Virus record (IMG/VR): IMGVR_UViG_3300046804_000544 | Coordinates: 32,001 to 96,000 of that record | DNA: 64,000 nt | From: a virus | Direction: 5' to 3' (one strand) | In this document: piece by piece, positions 1 through 10,107 of the stretch | Layout: the number at the start of each line of letters is the position of its first letter | How positions within the stretch are numbered: position 1 is the first letter of the stretch | Notes under the pieces: model-generated | The model's input: only the letters and a program-made list of their open reading frames with translations | Databases searched by the model: none | Told to the model about the DNA's origin: nothing | Position numbers and translations under genes: made by a program

Positions 1-3000
1 AATACTACGTTTGCACCTGCTGTAGGTGGATTAGTTAAATTATTAATATTGAGATATTGACCAGTTTGGAACTGATCCATATACCCGCCACTGGTTGTGG
101 TAATTGTTGTTGTCGCTGAACTATAACCAGTACCTTTATTGCTAAAGTTAGGCTGTGCCAATGCACCGTTACCGGTACGCACAGTCCAGGTAGCTGCTAC
201 TGTTACATTAGGATCAGTAATAGTCATTGTTGGGGCAACGGTATATCCTGATCCTGATTCAGTTAGTCTAAATGCTGCTACTTGGTTGCTGGCTATAACT
301 GCTCGGGCCTGCGCTCTTTCAAAGTTAGGAACGCTAGCTGAAGTAGTAGTGCTAGTATGGAACATCCATATTGGAGTGTTACTTGGATTACCAAATTGTA
401 CTGTGGTCCAGGTTGACGATGCTGATAAGTTAGCACTTACCCAGTTTTCACCGTCGTAACTCCATGTTACAGCCTGTGTTGTTGCACCACCAAATCCCTG
501 TATGGCTATAAACACACCTTGACCGTAGCGCACTTCTTTCCACGAACCTGCACTTGGTAAACCCACATCACTGTAAGCTACTGCCGGACCTCTTGCTACC
601 CAATTAATACCGTCTGTTGATAGTGCATAAGTTGCAGAACCGTTGGCTACTGCAACAAATAAATTATTACCGTAAGTTATACTGGTCCATGCTTGGCTAA
701 CTGGTAATGTAGCAGCCGACCAAGTAGTGCCGTTATCTGTTGAGTATGCAGCAGCAGTGCCTGGTGTTCCAGCACCGGCAATGGCTACCCATTTGCCTCC
801 GCCGTATGCTATACTTGTCCAGGTGTTACTGCTAGGCAATGCGCCGCCTGCTGCCCATGTTGATCCATTAGTACTGATCATTGTTGCGGTAGCGCCTGAT
901 GATACTGCAATAAATCTGCTGTTTCCGTAAGCTACACCAGTCCAGTTTTGGTTTGTTGTTGTACCAGTATTCCATGTTGTACCATTACTACTCCATGCTG
1001 ATGTAGTACCGTTACCAACTGCTACATAATAAGTTGTTCCACTAATTGCACCAGCAGCGGCTGCTTGTACTGTAAATGTTGGGAAACCTGTAGCTAGTGT
1101 AGTTGTTGTTCCGTTTGTACTGTAGTTTGCTACACCACCAGTTCCTACCGTAACAAAATAACCGTTGGCGTATGCACTGGCTACGGTGTTTCCGTTATTT
1201 GTTCTAGCAGTTGCACTAAATGCGGTAGTACTAAAACTAATTCTAGGTTCAACAATATAAGCTGTTGTTCCATCTAATGCCGCAGCCCTAGTGGTGCCTG
1301 GAACTGCATGATCCCATCCAGCTGCATTTACACTCATTGGGCCGCCACCGGTGTTAGATCCCACTGTAAATGTTCCGCCGCCTTGTGCTGAACTAATACT
1401 GAATTGTGTTCCGCTGAATCCAGCTACAACATAATATATAGTACCAATAACAATGTTACTACCAGTTAATGTTGTGCCAGAAAATACAACAGGCATACCT
1501 GTATAGAATCCAGTTGTACTACTAACTGTAATTAAGTTTGATCCTGTTGCTGTTACTGATAGTGCAGTAAAACTTTCTTTAGCAACACTAGCTACTTTTA
1601 GTGTAGGATTGTATGCAGCAATGTATCCAAACTGACCGGCACCTGCACCGCTTTGAATTGTAACTCTAACACCTTGGTAACTGGCTGCTGTACCTGTAGT
1701 ATCAGAAGCAGCCAGTGTGATTTGTGTTGTATTTCCGCTTTGTGCATTGCTACCGGCAAAAACATACCCAGAGCCTGCTGTTAGCAATCTAACTTCAAAA
1801 ACTGCTTGATCTCTAGTGTCAATAATTGCATCGTGTGCTGCACCGGCGCCACCGCTAAACGTATATGTAGTGCCAGAGCCTGTGTAGTTTGTACCGGCAT
1901 TACTGTATTCTAATCTTAAAATTGCACTACCGTTGGTTAAAGTGTATCCAACTTGTGCCTGACCGGCACGATTATTCACAGCAGCATAAATTGGTGATTC
2001 TAAGAAACGTACACCTTCACTTACAGAACCATACAAACCATAACTGTTATTTCCGTTAGTAGCACGAATCTTACCGCCATTTTCTGCTAGGTAACCAATG
2101 TGGTTATAGTATGTAAAGATAGAAACTAATTCTGCTAGTCCCATGTTAGTGACCCATGCGCCGATACCGTCACTTAAAATATTTGTAAAGTCGTTAGCAA
2201 CAATAGATTTATTACCACCGTTGTGTATATTGCCGTCTACCTTCATTCCGACACAACCAGTGCCAAATGTAGTCACGTTTTGTATGTACGGTGATTTTGA
2301 AGTAATCCAAACAGTAGAATCAGCTGGGCCGGAGCCAGGATCTAAACTAACATACGCACCAGCACTTGGACGTAGTGTACCAAAAGGTGTTACTAAAGTA
2401 TATGTTGTAGTTGAGATAGCTGCTGTTGACAATGTAACATAAATGCCGTTAAGTGCATTAGCATAGGTGGTAGCTACTGTAAATTGAGTGGTGCTAGTAA
2501 CTAGACCAACATAATAAGTACCTGCACTAAGTCCGCCGCCGCCTGTACCAGAAACAGTAAATGTAAAACCAGTAACAAAATTAGCTGTACTAGCAACTGT
2601 TACTAATCCACCAGCACCAGTATTACCTTGTGTAGATGCGGTAGTATTTGTAATACTACCTGAAGCTACTGTAGAAGACAGTGTACCACTTAGTCCCTGC
2701 AGTGTCATATTACGAATAGTAGATGCATTTCGTACATAGAACATGTTTGCTGTTGCTACTGTAGGTTGAACGATTACTGTACGTAATTCGTCTCCGACTA
2801 AGCTAACGTTAGCAGGAACTGTTATAGGACAAACTTCAGTGTAAGTACCAGTTTTGATAAAAATAGTAGATCCGCTAATTGCCTGACCGCAGGCATATTT
2901 AATTGTAGCAAAAGGTTTATCTAATGTGTTACCGTAACCGGCAGCATCTGTACCACTAGGTGCAACATAGTAAACTTTACTGATAGCACCAAAAGTTGCC

Positions 3001-4265
3001 CATGCCGGTGCTGTTCCGCTGACTTTTAAAATTTGGCCGTCTGTGCCGATACCTAATCGTGTTGGTCCACCGCCGCCATAATAGAAAATATCACCTTGTG
3101 TAGTCAATACGTTTGATTCTGTACCAGCTACCAATTGATTCCAGTATGTACCTGCAACATCTGTTGCTGGATCATTAACTCCAGTTGAAGATGTATGTGC
3201 TAATATACAAACATAACTGTTACTGTTCTGTTTGACCGAATCACCTGCTACATAGGCAGTAGCGGTAGCCCAGTTACCTCTCCAACGGAATCCAGGATTT
3301 AATAAAGACCAGTAGGTTGCATTGGGAGGTGTAAAGTTTGTATGATCTAAAATGCATAGATATGTATAACCACCTAGGGTTACAACATTACCTACTTTAT
3401 AAGCAGTAGCTCCACTCCAAGCACCTTGAAAACTAAACCCGGTACTTAATAGTGCCCAGTCAGATGGGTTTGTAGTAGGAGTTTTATTAGTGTTATTTGT
3501 CTTAGCAGAATAAGCATAGCCGCCATAAGTTACTACATCGCCTAATTGATAAATTCCAACAGATGTCCATGTGCTTTCAAATTGTAAACCTTCTACAAAT
3601 GCTACCCAATAACCTGAAGTTACTTGATCAGTAATGAAACTGGCTGTTGAAACGTGTATTGTTACGCAGATCCATAAACCTGCACCATATTTTACAACAT
3701 CGTTAATTTTGTATCTAGTACCGCTGGCGGTCCATGTTCCTTTGTAGTCAAAACTTTGATTTACAATGTCCCATTTTGCCTGATCTGCTTCTAGGCCACC
3801 GCCTACCAGTGTAGCACTGGCGTTACTAGTGTGTGCTGTATTACAACGATAAACAGTTCCACCATATTTTACAACATCTGCAACTTTGTAAACTGTGCTA
3901 GTTGCCCAATTTCCCAACCAGTTAAATGCCGTAGCAAACTGATCCCATTTAGATTGATCTAATTCTAATGTGCCTTGACTAGTGTGCCCAGTATTACAAA
4001 CATAAACAGTTCCGCCATATTTTACAGTGTCACCTACTTTATAAAATGTAGTAGCTGCCCAGTTACCGAGCCAAGCCTGACCATCTGAAGCTAGATTCCA
4101 ATATGTTGCTAGATCTGTATAAAAATTTGAAGTGCTGGTATGCCCTGCTGTACATATATAAGTTTTTCCGCCGTAACGAATTACGTCGTCTTTAATATAG
4201 GTTGTTGCTGCTGCCCAGGTGCTTTTCCAGACAAATCTAATTCTACCTAGCTTAAACTCTGCCAT
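1..4265 (-). CDS. Giant virion fibre/appendage protein, partial (runs off left edge, >1421 aa); paralog of 4318..9384
   Basis: Absent from the ORF track because it has no stop in the window. ATG at 4265 reads MAEFKLGRIRFVWKSTWAAATTYIKDDVIRYGGKTYIC, and the same frame is open near position 1 (QYLNINNLTNPPTAGANVV). It has W-x-x-x-T-x-YK-x-x-D-x-V-x-YGG repeats, a YYVAPSG...TIKYAC / GDELRTV beta-helix-type module and YGNG-FVAV repeats, colinear with the 1688-aa neighbour. Confidence 0.85.
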   Translation of the reverse strand, partial: MAEFKLGRIRFVWKSTWAAATTYIKDDVIRYGGKTYICTAGHTSTSNFYTDLATYWNLASDGQAWLGNWAATTFYKVGDTVKYGGTVYVCNTGHTSQGTLELDQSKWDQFATAFNWLGNWATSTVYKVADVVKYGGTVYRCNTAHTSNASATLVGGGLEADQAKWDIVNQSFDYKGTWTASGTRYKINDVVKYGAGLWICVTIHVSTASFITDQVTSGYWVAFVEGLQFESTWTSVGIYQLGDVVTYGGYAYSAKTNNTNKTPTTNPSDWALLSTGFSFQGAWSGATAYKVGNVVTLGGYTYLCILDHTNFTPPNATYWSLLNPGFRWRGNWATATAYVAGDSVKQNSNSYVCILAHTSSTGVNDPATDVAGTYWNQLVAGTESNVLTTQGDIFYYGGGGPTRLGIGTDGQILKVSGTAPAWATFGAISKVYYVAPSGTDAAGYGNTLDKPFATIKYACGQAISGSTIFIKTGTYTEVCPITVPANVSLVGDELRTVIVQPTVATANMFYVRNASTIRNMTLQGLSGTLSSTVASGSITNTTASTQGNTGAGGLVTVASTANFVTGFTFTVSGTGGGGLSAGTYYVGLVTSTTQFTVATTYANALNGIYVTLSTAAISTTTYTLVTPFGTLRPSAGAYVSLDPGSGPADSTVWITSKSPYIQNVTTFGTGCVGMKVDGNIHNGGNKSIVANDFTNILSDGIGAWVTNMGLAELVSIFTYYNHIGYLAENGGKIRATNGNNSYGLYGSVSEGVRFLESPIYAAVNNRAGQAQVGYTLTNGSAILRLEYSNAGTNYTGSGTTYTFSGGAGAAHDAIIDTRDQAVFEVRLLTAGSGYVFAGSNAQSGNTTQITLAASDTTGTAASYQGVRVTIQSGAGAGQFGYIAAYNPTLKVASVAKESFTALSVTATGSNLITVSSTTGFYTGMPVVFSGTTLTGSNIVIGTIYYVVAGFSGTQFSISSAQGGGTFTVGSNTGGGPMSVNAAGWDHAVPGTTRAAALDGTTAYIVEPRISFSTTAFSATARTNNGNTVASAYANGYFVTVGTGGVANYSTNGTTTTLATGFPTFTVQAAAAGAISGTTYYVAVGNGTTSAWSSNGTTWNTGTTTNQNWTGVAYGNSRFIAVSSGATATMISTNGSTWAAGGALPSSNTWTSIAYGGGKWVAIAGAGTPGTAAAYSTDNGTTWSAATLPVSQAWTSITYGNNLFVAVANGSATYALSTDGINWVARGPAVAYSDVGLPSAGSWKEVRYGQGVFIAIQGFGGATTQAVTWSYDGENWVSANLSASSTWTTVQFGNPSNTPIWMFHTSTTTSASVPNFERAQARAVIASNQVAAFRLTESGSGYTVAPTMTITDPNVTVAATWTVRTGNGALAQPNFSNKGTGYSSATTTITTTSGGYMDQFQTGQYLNINNLTNPPTAGANVV

Positions 4266-4294
4266 TCCTTACTCCAAATCTTTTGCTATTCAAG

Positions 4295-4301
4295 TATTTA
4301 T
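4295..4301 (-). promoter_or_regulatory. T4-type late promoter (ATAAATA) for the 4265 gene
   Basis: ATAAATA on the minus strand in the short intergenic gap; similar to the T4 gp55 consensus TATAAATA. Confidence 0.6.
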
Positions 4302-4317
4302 GTAATTGGCAAATTAG

Positions 4318-7300
4318 TTAAATTTGACCAAAAGTTGGTGCTGCTGCTATAAAATAAGTTTGGCCGGCTAATGCTCCGTCAATGCCTCCGGTAAAATTTG
4401 ATTTATTTTGCACATTAATTTGAGTTGCACCAATATTTTCTATAGTACCTGTAGAAATTTTAATGTTTCCTGCTAGTGCAGTGTTTACAGCTGGGCTTGA
4501 ACCACCCCCACCAATTCTACTAGAAATATAAGTGGCTACAGCTCGCTGAGTGCTAATTACACTGTCGCTATTTGCACTAAAAGTACCGTCTGTACTGATA
4601 GTATTGATAATAGCACTGGTACTACCAACAATAATTGCACCTAAACTTAACTGACTCAATCCTGTCAAATTAAACAAACTAGCACTTAAGGTAACAATAC
4701 CGGTAGCTTGACTTACTCCAAATAGACTACCTACTAAGAAATTACCGTCTTGATCGGTACTTGTATAGAATACACGACCTCCACCGTTTTCTATAACTTG
4801 ATAAGTTGATAGTGCTGCCTGAGTTGGAGTACCAGGATAGTTAGTAGTTGTAGTATTTCCTGTTCCAATGCTTAAAAAGTCATGTCCTGTTAACCTGCAT
4901 TGACTGTAATTAATTCTAATTGACAAAGTGCTAGCATGAGCAGGGCTTCTAAAAGTAGTCATACTAGTATCAATTTGTAATAATGCAGAAAAGTTTCCTA
5001 CGCTGCCAGTTAAGTTTGTAATAGCTAACAGTTTATAAACAACAGTATTACCAACAAATACAATATTTGATCCAACTGTTGGTATATTTGTCATTCCAGT
5101 TACTTGAATATAGAATCCAGTTTGAAAATTATCAGCGAATCCTGATGCATCTGTGACTGTGGCGCTTTCTCTAATCCAGCCTGTTCCTCTAGAAGTAAAA
5201 TCTGGTTGTCCTAATACATTATTAGAGGTTCTTACACTGTTTTGGGCAGCACTAGAACTATTAGGATCTACAATTGTTACAGTTGGCGTGCTTGAATAAT
5301 TAGATCCAGGATCTATAATTCTATAAGATCTAATCGATCCTGATACCACAATAGGTCTAGCAAATGCAGTAGCACCGGCTGTGACTTGGCCAACTAAATT
5401 AGTACCGGTAGCAAGTAGTATAAATGATCCGGGGCTAGTAGGATTACCGTAAGCTATATCAGTATATGCCACAGCCGCAGGTAAAGTTCTAGCTGTCCAA
5501 ATTATACCGTCTTGGCTAGTTGCGCCTGTGCTTGTTCCCGCCGCTACAGCATAAAATATACCTTCACCATATCGAACAACGTTCCAGCTTGTGCTAGCGG
5601 GCAATGTAAATGCTGTCCAGGTTGTTCCGTCTAAACTATAAGCACCTTGGTTTGTAGCAGCAGCTACAGCAACGAATCTGTCATAACCATAAGTTACACT
5701 CTGCCACTGTGCGGTGGTAGGTAAAGTAGTATTGGTCCAGGTTACACCATTGACACTTACGCTAGCTATATTGCTAGTACCTGTAGATAGTGTTACAAAT
5801 TTACCTTGACCGTAAGCCCATGCTCCTCCTACTACAGACGGAGTACCCAATGTATACCATGTTACTCCATCATTGGTAATCATTAATTCGTTAGTTGAAC
5901 TGGCTGTGCTGCCGCTAGTTGGAATATATCCAGTCATACGTGTACCGGTTTCAACTTGAGCACCGTAAATATAAATTCCTGACGATCCGTTACCTGAATA
6001 AGTTTGGGCGCCACCTGAGATTACATCTATATAAGGATTATTAGTTGAATTAACAGCATTTTTAAATGCTGTAATAGACAATCTATACCAACCTTCTATA
6101 CCTATCGGAGTAATTGATGAACTAACACTGGTATAATCTGCTCCGCTAGCACTTGCAGCTGACACAACAGAACCGTTTGTTAAACTGTAAGTCACTCCAC
6201 AAGAGGAGTTAAGAAAATTACTAAATCCAATTCTTATCTGTGTTCGTTCTGCTGCTCTAGCAAATATACTTAAAGTTACATTAACATTTGTTTCAGATCT
6301 TGTTGTATAGATAACATGTTCAGCATTGGCCGTGTCTTCAACTAATTTTGTTGCACTTGTTGATCTAGCAGGATCTAAAACTGCTGTTGTAAGTGACCTT
6401 GAATTAATATTGCTTGCTGTCCAAAAAACATTAGTAAAATCTGTAGAGAATGAAACTGCATTAGTTCTACTTGTACCTGCGCTGGTAATTAAACCAATAT
6501 TATCTCTAGGTAATTGTAAAAATCTAGAATTTGTAGCAGTTGCTCCAGGTCTGTTTGACGTGCTCCAGTTGACTCCGTTATTTGTGCTGGTACTTAATAG
6601 TGTGCCAGTTCCACCTATAGCTACAAATCGCCCTGGCACAAATCCAACACTGGTATTAGATCCTAAATTACTAAATCCTGTCCCAGCACCCCATGTAATG
6701 CCATCTGTACTATAAACTGCAATAGTGGCTACACCATCAACAGCAACAAAATAGCCGTTACCATAAGTTACACTGTTCCAGTTTGCAGACACTGGCATAT
6801 TACGCAGGTTACTTACGTATGCTGGTGCTGATACAGTAACTCTAGGTTCAACAATATATTGACTAGTAGGATCCGGATCAATTAAAGTAGTTCCTGGAAT
6901 CAAATGATCCCACCCTGGCGTGCCTGTTGATTCTTTATTGAGGTTTGCTATTTTTGTAGTGTTATTATAAGCACTAATTACACCATATTGTCCGGCACCT
7001 TTGCCGTCAAATATTAAAACTCTGAGTCCAATATATTGAGAACTGGTGTTTGTGTCAGATCCTGCAAAAGTTATAGTACCGCTGCTAGCACTACCACCTT
7101 GAGCAAAGTTAGTAGTTGATAAGTAAGAGGTTCCTCCAGGAAACCCGGTATTTGTAGGATCGGTTGATCTAATCTGAAATACTGCGGCAGTTCTACGCTC
7201 ATAATTGTCAATTACAATACCTGTTCCAGTTCCAGTAATTGATATTGTAGGACTAGAACTATAATTTTGGCCAGCATTATCGTATTCTAAACGTAATATT

Positions 7301-9384
7301 CTTACATTATCATCAGAAATGTAACCAACGGTTGCTTGATTGGCTCTGTTATTAACTGTTGCGGTAATAGGTGATTCTGTTGTGTCGACACCTTCACTAA
7401 CTGATCCAAACTTACCGTAGCTGTTATTACCGTTAGTAGCACGTAGTCTTCCACCGTCTTCAGTTAGATAACCAATATGACAGAAATATGTAAACACTGA
7501 CACGCACTCAGATCGAGCAACACCTTTAATCCAAACACCAATACCGTCACTTAATATCTGTGTAAAGTCGTTGGCAACAATTGACTTGTTTCCGCCATTG
7601 TGTAAACTGGCGTCTACTTTTAATCCTACACATCCAGTACCAAATGTAGTTACGTTTTGTATATACGGTGATTTTGAAGTGATCCAAACAGTAGAATCTG
7701 CGGCGCCAGCACCTGGGTCCAAACTAACATAAGCACCGGCGGTAGGACGCTGTGTTCCATAAGCATTAGCAGTGCCTAATGTTCCAGTTAATCCTTGTAA
7801 AGTTACGTTTCGTATGTTAGATCCGTTTCTAACATAAAACATATTTGATGCTTCAAAACCGGTAGCTGGCTGAATTATAACTGTACGTAGTTCGTCTCCA
7901 ACTAAGCTAACGTTAGCAGGAATGCTAATAGGTAGCTGTTCTGAATATACTCCGCTTTTAACAAAAATAACAGCAGGGCCAGTTATCTGTGAGCAAGCGT
8001 ATTTAATTGTAAGCCAGGGATTATTAAGTGTAGTTCCACTACCTGCTGTATCTGCCCCGTTTGGTGCTACATAGTAAACTTTAGTAACAATACCAAAACT
8101 TGCCCATGTTAAGTTGGTGCCGCTTACTTTTAACACCTGTCCATCAGTACCTATTGGAAGCCTTGCCTTAGCGGCACTATTATACCATACAATATCACCT
8201 TGAGTAGTTAATACGTTATTAGTATTACCTTCAATATAGACCATCCAATTTGTGCCGGCACCGGCTACATCTGTATCTGGCCTATTTCCTACGTTGGAAG
8301 TATGTGCTAATTTAGCTTCATAACTAGTAGCTTTGTAAGTTACAATATCTCCTAACTTATAATTTGTAGATGTTTGCCAGGCAGCACGCCATTGTCGTCC
8401 GCTGTTTACTACAGACCAATAGGTAGCATTAGGTGGCTCTATATTTGTTACGTCTAAAATACAAACATAAACATATCCGTTTACTCTTACAGTATCGCCA
8501 ACAAGATAACTAGTTGCAGAACTATAGTTGCCTAAGAATCTATAATTTGTAGTAACAATTTCCCAGTAGCTAGTTGCAGTACTAGGAGTTTGGCTTTGGT
8601 TATTTTGAATGGCTCTATATGCGTAACCACCGTAGGTAACTATATCGCCCTGTTTATAAGCTACACCTGTTTGGTATGCAGTATAGGTAAATTCTAAACC
8701 ATCTAGGTATATTGTCCAATAAGAACTTAAATCTGCCAATACACTAGCAGTAGAAGTGTGCCCTGCTGTGCAGCGCCACAAACTACCGTCAATTCTAACT
8801 ACATCATTTACTTTATATCTTGTTGAACTGCCATTCCACACACCTTTAAAATCTGCTTGTTGTAACTCAATATCCCATTTAGCTTGATCAGCTTCTAAGC
8901 CTAAAGATGTTGTTCCTGCACTTATATGACTGGTATTACAACGATAGACTGTTGCTCCGTATCTAACAACATCATTAACTTTATATCTAGTTGAGAGAGC
9001 CCAATCTGCTTTCCAGTCTTCTGTTCTAGCAACAGATGTCCAATATGCTGAATCATTTTCTTGGCCGAGAAATAAAGGTGATGTATAGGTAGAACTGGTA
9101 TGACTGGTTATGCAACGGAAAATAATTGCGCCCCACTTAACTGTATCTCCTACATTGTACAGTGTAGAAGCGGTCCATGTTCCTCTCCAAACATATCCAT
9201 CAAACATCAACACCCAATTAGCGGCTGCTAAATCAGTAGCAAATGCTGTAGTTGAGGTATGTGTTATTAAACATACATAAGTTTTACCACCGTAGCTGAC
9301 TACGTCATCTTTAATAAAGCTGGTAGTCTGTGCCCATGCACCTTTCCATGTATATCTAATTTTGGAGATTTTAAAATTTGCCAT
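4318..9384 (-). CDS. Giant virion fibre/appendage protein (1688 aa) with CBM5/12-like aromatic repeats, a pectin-lyase-like beta-helix module, BNR/propeller-like repeats and a head-spike-type jelly-roll insert
   Basis: N-terminal repeats of the type W..T.YK..DVV.YG..Y.C...HTS; VYYVAPNGAD...PWLTIKYAC; W..V.YG.G.FVAV...YS.DG.TW repeats; YIYGAQVETG..MTGYIPT motif. Confidence 0.75.
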   Translation of the reverse strand: MANFKISKIRYTWKGAWAQTTSFIKDDVVSYGGKTYVCLITHTSTTAFATDLAAANWVLMFDGYVWRGTWTASTLYNVGDTVKWGAIIFRCITSHTSSTYTSPLFLGQENDSAYWTSVARTEDWKADWALSTRYKVNDVVRYGATVYRCNTSHISAGTTSLGLEADQAKWDIELQQADFKGVWNGSSTRYKVNDVVRIDGSLWRCTAGHTSTASVLADLSSYWTIYLDGLEFTYTAYQTGVAYKQGDIVTYGGYAYRAIQNNQSQTPSTATSYWEIVTTNYRFLGNYSSATSYLVGDTVRVNGYVYVCILDVTNIEPPNATYWSVVNSGRQWRAAWQTSTNYKLGDIVTYKATSYEAKLAHTSNVGNRPDTDVAGAGTNWMVYIEGNTNNVLTTQGDIVWYNSAAKARLPIGTDGQVLKVSGTNLTWASFGIVTKVYYVAPNGADTAGSGTTLNNPWLTIKYACSQITGPAVIFVKSGVYSEQLPISIPANVSLVGDELRTVIIQPATGFEASNMFYVRNGSNIRNVTLQGLTGTLGTANAYGTQRPTAGAYVSLDPGAGAADSTVWITSKSPYIQNVTTFGTGCVGLKVDASLHNGGNKSIVANDFTQILSDGIGVWIKGVARSECVSVFTYFCHIGYLTEDGGRLRATNGNNSYGKFGSVSEGVDTTESPITATVNNRANQATVGYISDDNVRILRLEYDNAGQNYSSSPTISITGTGTGIVIDNYERRTAAVFQIRSTDPTNTGFPGGTSYLSTTNFAQGGSASSGTITFAGSDTNTSSQYIGLRVLIFDGKGAGQYGVISAYNNTTKIANLNKESTGTPGWDHLIPGTTLIDPDPTSQYIVEPRVTVSAPAYVSNLRNMPVSANWNSVTYGNGYFVAVDGVATIAVYSTDGITWGAGTGFSNLGSNTSVGFVPGRFVAIGGTGTLLSTSTNNGVNWSTSNRPGATATNSRFLQLPRDNIGLITSAGTSRTNAVSFSTDFTNVFWTASNINSRSLTTAVLDPARSTSATKLVEDTANAEHVIYTTRSETNVNVTLSIFARAAERTQIRIGFSNFLNSSCGVTYSLTNGSVVSAASASGADYTSVSSSITPIGIEGWYRLSITAFKNAVNSTNNPYIDVISGGAQTYSGNGSSGIYIYGAQVETGTRMTGYIPTSGSTASSTNELMITNDGVTWYTLGTPSVVGGAWAYGQGKFVTLSTGTSNIASVSVNGVTWTNTTLPTTAQWQSVTYGYDRFVAVAAATNQGAYSLDGTTWTAFTLPASTSWNVVRYGEGIFYAVAAGTSTGATSQDGIIWTARTLPAAVAYTDIAYGNPTSPGSFILLATGTNLVGQVTAGATAFARPIVVSGSIRSYRIIDPGSNYSSTPTVTIVDPNSSSAAQNSVRTSNNVLGQPDFTSRGTGWIRESATVTDASGFADNFQTGFYIQVTGMTNIPTVGSNIVFVGNTVVYKLLAITNLTGSVGNFSALLQIDTSMTTFRSPAHASTLSIRINYSQCRLTGHDFLSIGTGNTTTTNYPGTPTQAALSTYQVIENGGGRVFYTSTDQDGNFLVGSLFGVSQATGIVTLSASLFNLTGLSQLSLGAIIVGSTSAIINTISTDGTFSANSDSVISTQRAVATYISSRIGGGGSSPAVNTALAGNIKISTGTIENIGATQINVQNKSNFTGGIDGALAGQTYFIAAAPTFGQI

Positions 9385-9399
9385 ATTTTGCTCTTATTT

Positions 9400-9765
9400 T
9401 TACGAACTAATTCCAGTAGGATAAGTGTATTTTGTATTTATTCTGGCTACTAATTGCCCATCTGTGTCAACATAATAGTAGATACTGCGATCGTCCCAAT
9501 GATACTGTTCGTATAATAAATTAGCATAGACAATATTGTGATAAACATCACGCCCTTCAAAGAAGTCTACATCAATTTCAAATTGATCATAGTTATTGTT
9601 AATATCACCAACGTCATTAATATTAATTGCATCTGTACGACTAAGCTGATTTACACGAGTAAAAGTCAACTCTCCGTTGTCATTTCTTTTAAGTCCGTAA
9701 AAATACTTTGATTGATTTCCTATTAGATCTTGTTGTTCTCTACCAAATAAGTAATTTGTTGCCAT
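9400..9765 (-). CDS. Hypothetical virion-associated protein (121 aa)
   Basis: Start moved from the track's GTG at 9771 to the ATG at 9765, which follows AAGGAG. Embedded in the fibre gene array. Confidence 0.7.
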   Translation of the reverse strand: MATNYLFGREQQDLIGNQSKYFYGLKRNDNGELTFTRVNQLSRTDAININDVGDINNNYDQFEIDVDFFEGRDVYHNIVYANLLYEQYHWDDRSIYYYVDTDGQLVARINTKYTYPTGISS

Positions 9766-9774
9766 AATCACTCC

Positions 9775-10104
9775 TTAAATAATTTCAGCATAACTGATTA
9801 CAGCATCTATACTGCTGTCTGTATCAGCAGTTATGCGAATTCCGCAATTTTCTGCTAGAATAATTTTTTCACCGTTGGTTACAACTTTAGCACTGTTGTA
9901 AGGTGGAATAATTAAACCTTTAATATAGTAAACTACTGTACTGTCAGATCCGTATACCTGTATATCAATGCTGACGTCATTGTCAGTGGTATTTGCTAAA
10001 TTCATACCAATGATAGTAAATCTATTATTGTCTACTGTTTGCAGAACATCTGCAGGTGTAGTTCCTATGTTTTTACGTACTCTTGTTCTAAAATAGGTTG
10101 CCAT
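9775..10104 (-). CDS. Small beta-sandwich-like virion protein (109 aa); probable paralog of 23056..23361
   Basis: Shared pattern (L/V)xNTT...(V/L)x(V/L)...I(I/V)xx(L/V)x(I/V)P...EKx(I/V)L with the 101-aa protein at 23056..23361. Confidence 0.7.
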   Translation of the reverse strand: MATYFRTRVRKNIGTTPADVLQTVDNNRFTIIGMNLANTTDNDVSIDIQVYGSDSTVVYYIKGLIIPPYNSAKVVTNGEKIILAENCGIRITADTDSSIDAVISYAEII

Positions 10105-10107
10105 TTT

